Of a stretch of 52,650 nucleotides of DNA, positions 50,201 to 52,650 are shown in pieces (within the stretch, counting starts at the first letter, position 1; each line of letters opens with the position of its first letter). The notes under the pieces were generated by a model that was given only the letters and a program-made list of their open reading frames with translations, did not search any database and had not been told where the DNA came from. The stretch is taken from contig JBMFMH010000003.1 in the NCBI GenBank assembly GCA_049970775.1, positions 1-52,650 of the forward strand, in the 5' to 3' direction. Both the position numbers and the translations under genes were made by a program. This stretch comes from a bacterium. Its GTDB lineage: Bacteria > Armatimonadota > JACIXR01.

Positions 50201-51446
50201 CCATCACATCCGCAGCAGAAAGGGTATGAACGATGTCCAATCCTTCCTTGCTCTCTCTCACATAACAGCCTGCTCCTTCCGTTTCAGAATAAAATAAAGC
50301 CAAAAACGAGATATTCATTTTATCGTTTCTCACTATCACACAGCGATTGCTTGACCAGGCATAGTCGTCGTTTATAGTCCTCTCCTCTCCTTCAAACTTA
50401 TATCTTCGGGGAGGAAAATTGGAAGGAATCATAAACCAGAAATCTCCTTTTTCTCCCAATCTTATCTCACTAAGGGAGAAACGAAGGTCGCTTATATGTG
50501 GATTTTCCTTGCCCTCGTAAATCACCCTCCCCTCCCGCATGATTAAGTCGCTTTGCGGGTAAAGAATATATTCGCTCTCAATTATCCAATCACCTACCCT
50601 GCTTCTAATTTCAAGTTTCTTTCTTTTACCCTCGTCCTCTATCTTATAATCAACGAGTTTAATTGGACATCTTAGCTCTTCCCAATCCTCCTTCTTAACG
50701 ATGAAAATGGGTCCACGAATACCGCCCTCCCCTCCTCTATCGTAAATCCTTATAGCAAGCAGATTTTCCTTTCCCCACTTAACCAACTCCCTTGGGATAA
50801 CATATACACGGGGTTTCTCCCACCAGTTAGGGGTCTCCTCTCCCGTGTGTCCGATGAGTTGACCATTAAAATAAACCCAATCAAAATCATCAATTGCCCC
50901 TATATAGAGAAGCAAATCTTTTCCCTCCCATTCACTGGGAAGAATCACATTTCTCCTAACAAAAGCATAGCCGTTGTATGGTTTCCACTCGGGCGATGGG
51001 GAATTCGGGTAGATTTGCGTATAACCGAAATCCTCCCACATACCAGGAATGTTCAATTCACTCCACTTGCTATCATTATAACTTGCGAGCTGCCAGCCTT
51101 CTGATAATCCTTTATCCTCGGGGTCAATAGAAAACTTCCATTTCCCTTCAAGAGAAATACCCCTTCCCTTGATTACCTCCTTTAATGCTAACTTCTCCTC
51201 CAGCCACTCGCCCTCCACTTTTATATCTAGCGGCGGGCGGTGCTCACTATTGGTGAGGATTTGGATATTTGACGGCTTATAGAAAATTGACATTAAAAAA
51301 CCATTTTCTCTGGAGAAATGAAGGGAGAGCTTGGCATTAGAGAAGATTAACTCGTTTTTATTCTCTTTAAGGTAGATTTCCTCTTCGCCATAGGCAATAA
51401 AAGTGAGAAGTAGAATAGAGAAAGAAAAAAGAAAAAACCTCTCCAT
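47253..51446 (-). CDS. Large secreted multidomain GH13 (alpha-amylase-like) protein
   Basis: Signal peptide; galactose-binding-like domain (LEGKWKF, GAIDD.D.VY.NG, R.Y.IP, D.GGEGGI); GH13 barrel with GYRVD, LPE and SHD catalytic positions; two C-terminal beta-rich domains. Confidence 0.85.
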   Translation of the reverse strand: MERFFLFSFSILLLTFIAYGEEEIYLKENKNELIFSNAKLSLHFSRENGFLMSIFYKPSNIQILTNSEHRPPLDIKVEGEWLEEKLALKEVIKGRGISLEGKWKFSIDPEDKGLSEGWQLASYNDSKWSELNIPGMWEDFGYTQIYPNSPSPEWKPYNGYAFVRRNVILPSEWEGKDLLLYIGAIDDFDWVYFNGQLIGHTGEETPNWWEKPRVYVIPRELVKWGKENLLAIRIYDRGGEGGIRGPIFIVKKEDWEELRCPIKLVDYKIEDEGKRKKLEIRSRVGDWIIESEYILYPQSDLIMREGRVIYEGKENPHISDLRFSLSEIRLGEKGDFWFMIPSNFPPRRYKFEGEERTINDDYAWSSNRCVIVRNDKMNISFLALFYSETEGAGCYVRESKEGLDIVHTLSAADVMGKRRELAGGTQFIRIVQGDLAEALRKEQEVYDVIGLTPPKDRPDWARKAIIYSAYPGGTIDSGLQDVGGFDNFSHYLPHLADLGFNVLWLLPVWPGLYGPVDYYKIEEALGGEEAAKRFVQMAHKLGIKVLFDLIPHGPREESGLLEKLPQAVSRDAKGNVLYWWGCLSCDYASEAWQRYMAEHSAYWVRKLDIDGYRVDCAGGGPANWDPNSPHRPTLSGLWGGLQILAKSREEMRKYKKEVMLLPEATGPWFFRYSDVVYDFPFLFICQNYSQNNREEWIRDLQEWLEYQKYAYPKGATLMRFVESHDTVRFAGLQGNGTFNSFLALCALIEGAPMVYHDGDIGRGPFLKHLYSIRKSNEELSIGEAHYLAVECDRKGIFTCLRAFKDRLAIVAINMGGKEEDVQLSLSQRFLPSFKNIFLYEAFEGKELKGGFKNGKLTFKLKIKPYSPAIVLVRKERMFVPSKPLSIPQCEQVPKSNGVPSSSEKGEKIEVENGIYQAVIDKRSGLIKSLSLRGGDNLLEYMEWEEGRRRIGIGDSFKASEGKTKMVAKRKEEELYLEFVGATEWASYEIGYRFSNSNRIDVKLRLKPKRDLGTVKGELWHWLKLKEIDHFLVNSFEGVLYDTFFIRHYKEGKGGRYWHTLFPYDAARLPLNPYKPFLCAFRKDEYLLLLLPSFAKLPENIYIRERIRDLGFHFLLAMADGKKGWKISPKESYEIEYSLFIGKGKLPYLGKEVKIPPKVECDGADYIVKMGNCYAVLTRRSGNLKGFYLHDESLLQGSEIYSDRGIYGEYHDSLGNAFPLVGTSNNDPEAEIRMERNGESLFLKTHSFLREANSGWNNVARPLVEYECVYEFPSATSHIKASVQVRPFVNKESVAFLAQRLNFKGISSCLVDGREIPLSQIGRVWESLKHKLSEANIELVGEKEKVEIKNIEIPENGNLFLYNSGNGNITIFFAFLDGEAKIEPRWYRFSYELGVMDK

Positions 51447-51453
51447 ATGTTCT

Positions 51454-52554
51454 TCACCCCTCCTTCAATATGCCTATTTTCTTGCCAAGGTCATCCCAAT
51501 GGTTTTTGATAAGTTGATATTGAGCATTGTAGAACTTCTTAGCCACATATCCCTGCACCATTCCGCCGAAGGGCATAGGATAAAAGAGAAGCATTAAAAC
51601 AATCCAAAGAGCAAACCCTATGCCTGCGGTTATAAATCCTCTTTTCCATAGGGGATGACTTCTCCCCTTGACCAAGCCCACCATAATCATAAGTATGCCT
51701 ACACCAACGAGGATTAGACCGGCGAAGGTGACGAAAATCAAGAGCCGAGTGAGACGATATAAACTGCTCGTTGTTTCATCCTCCAATTTCCTCGCTTTCT
51801 CTAAATATCTTTTCTTGGCTTTTTCCACTTCCTTTTTTTCTTCATCATCCAATCCCAATTTTAAAAAGGAGAGAGAGGAAATGTATTCGGGTCTGACCAT
51901 TGAATAGTTCGCCAAATCGGAGCCAATCTTCACGATGCTTTTATCACCGCCGATTACATTTTTAATTTCTCTTCCCATTTTCTCAAGGTTATCCCATAGC
52001 CAGCGAAGGGAGGTATAACGAAGACCAGCACAAGCAAGAGGTTGGGATTGCCCAAGAGCGGAGAATATTAACGGCAACGGTATTTTCTCTTTGCTACTGC
52101 TCGCTTCCTCCAATTTTCTCCCTGCTTCCTTTTGTTTGCCTTCTTTCAAGAGAGAGTAAGCGGAAAGGAAGAGGGAAAATGGGTCTTTGTTATCTTTTAA
52201 ATACTCCTCCGCCTTCAACCATTTTCCCTCTTTGAGCATTGCTTCTCCCAGAAGGATTTTCGTAAATTTAGTTTGGCTTTTCTCTAAGTGAGGAAGAGCG
52301 TCTTTCCATTGAGGGGTAGGATGTTTTGCGAGATAAAAGAGAGCAAGGGTTTCCTCAATAAATGGCTCCCTTAATTTCCCCGCTGCTTCCTCTAAGAGAG
52401 CTATGGCTTTGTCCGTTGGTGTTCCGTTCTGAATGAAGAGGGCTATTGCTTCCCTTGCCTTTCCCACAGCGCTGCTCTCAGGGGTCTTGGCACAGCCCTG
52501 GAAGAATAGAAGAGCAAGGATTGGAAGACCGAAGAGAAATTTCGCCCTTCTCAT
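51454..52554 (-). CDS. Putative lipoprotein with TPR-like helices and two C-terminal TM segments
   Basis: Lipobox-like FQGC after a hydrophobic signal, helical repeats and two hydrophobic segments near the C-terminus. Confidence 0.6.
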   Translation of the reverse strand: MRRAKFLFGLPILALLFFQGCAKTPESSAVGKAREAIALFIQNGTPTDKAIALLEEAAGKLREPFIEETLALFYLAKHPTPQWKDALPHLEKSQTKFTKILLGEAMLKEGKWLKAEEYLKDNKDPFSLFLSAYSLLKEGKQKEAGRKLEEASSSKEKIPLPLIFSALGQSQPLACAGLRYTSLRWLWDNLEKMGREIKNVIGGDKSIVKIGSDLANYSMVRPEYISSLSFLKLGLDDEEKKEVEKAKKRYLEKARKLEDETTSSLYRLTRLLIFVTFAGLILVGVGILMIMVGLVKGRSHPLWKRGFITAGIGFALWIVLMLLFYPMPFGGMVQGYVAKKFYNAQYQLIKNHWDDLGKKIGILKEG

Positions 52555-52563
52555 CTTTTTTAA

Positions 52564-52591
52564 ATGGTAATCCTGATATTGATTATGTCAA
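52564..52591 (-). promoter_or_regulatory. Putative promoter of the lipoprotein-GH13 operon
   Basis: TTGACA-16-TACCAT, 9 nt before the ATG. Confidence 0.5.
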
Positions 52592-52602
52592 TTTTGTGTA
52601 TA

Positions 52603-52650
52603 ATTCCATAACATATTAGACTCGATAAGAAGGTGAGGATATTGGCGTTT
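52603..52650 (+). repeat. 48-bp dispersed direct repeat, copy 2 (cut by the window edge)
   Basis: 46/48 identical to 16496-16543. Preceded by TTGTGT-17-TAGACT and contains AAGGTGAG plus TTG. Confidence 0.9.

Overview
Gene-dense bacterial chromosomal window of mostly core genes, with about 50 CDS and one elongator tRNA-Met. No rRNA, CRISPR array, transposase or integrase was seen. It holds nadD-LCP-rsfS, uvrA-ychF, a UmuD/UmuC-like mutagenesis pair, rfbB and a wbpB/D/E/I-like diamino-sugar cluster, recX-rny (without recA), gap-pgk-tpiA and thiE-thiC-thiL-(CBS/DUF1385)-argS. Further on are a modA-porin-modB-modC operon next to a HesA/MoeB-like enzyme, pyrF, an archaeal-type SAM synthetase, a split methionine synthase with a MetF-like protein, a TudS/DUF523-like protein and accB-hom-thrC. 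The window ends with HIT-udg-cdaA-cdaR-glmM and an operon for a 1397-aa secreted GH13-like protein. Terrabacteria-type genes (cdaA-cdaR-glmM, RNase Y, LCP) together with a porin-like protein suggest a diderm Terrabacteria lineage, possibly Armatimonadota; this is inference only. The best leads are: (1) an unrecognised ~230-aa domain present twice in the GH13 protein and once as the adjacent stand-alone protein; (2) a porin-like gene inside the molybdate ABC operon; (3) unusual translation initiation, namely probable ATA (recX) and CTG (pyrF) starts, an anti-SD leader and many near-leaderless operon-first genes; (4) a 48-bp promoter/RBS-like element duplicated 36 kb apart, one copy followed by a terminator facing the + strand; (5) composite REP-like palindromes that bracket the umuDC-rfbB block in inverted orientation; (6) a family-4 UDG ending in a beta-clamp-type motif. 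All family calls come from motif recognition by eye; no database search was run.
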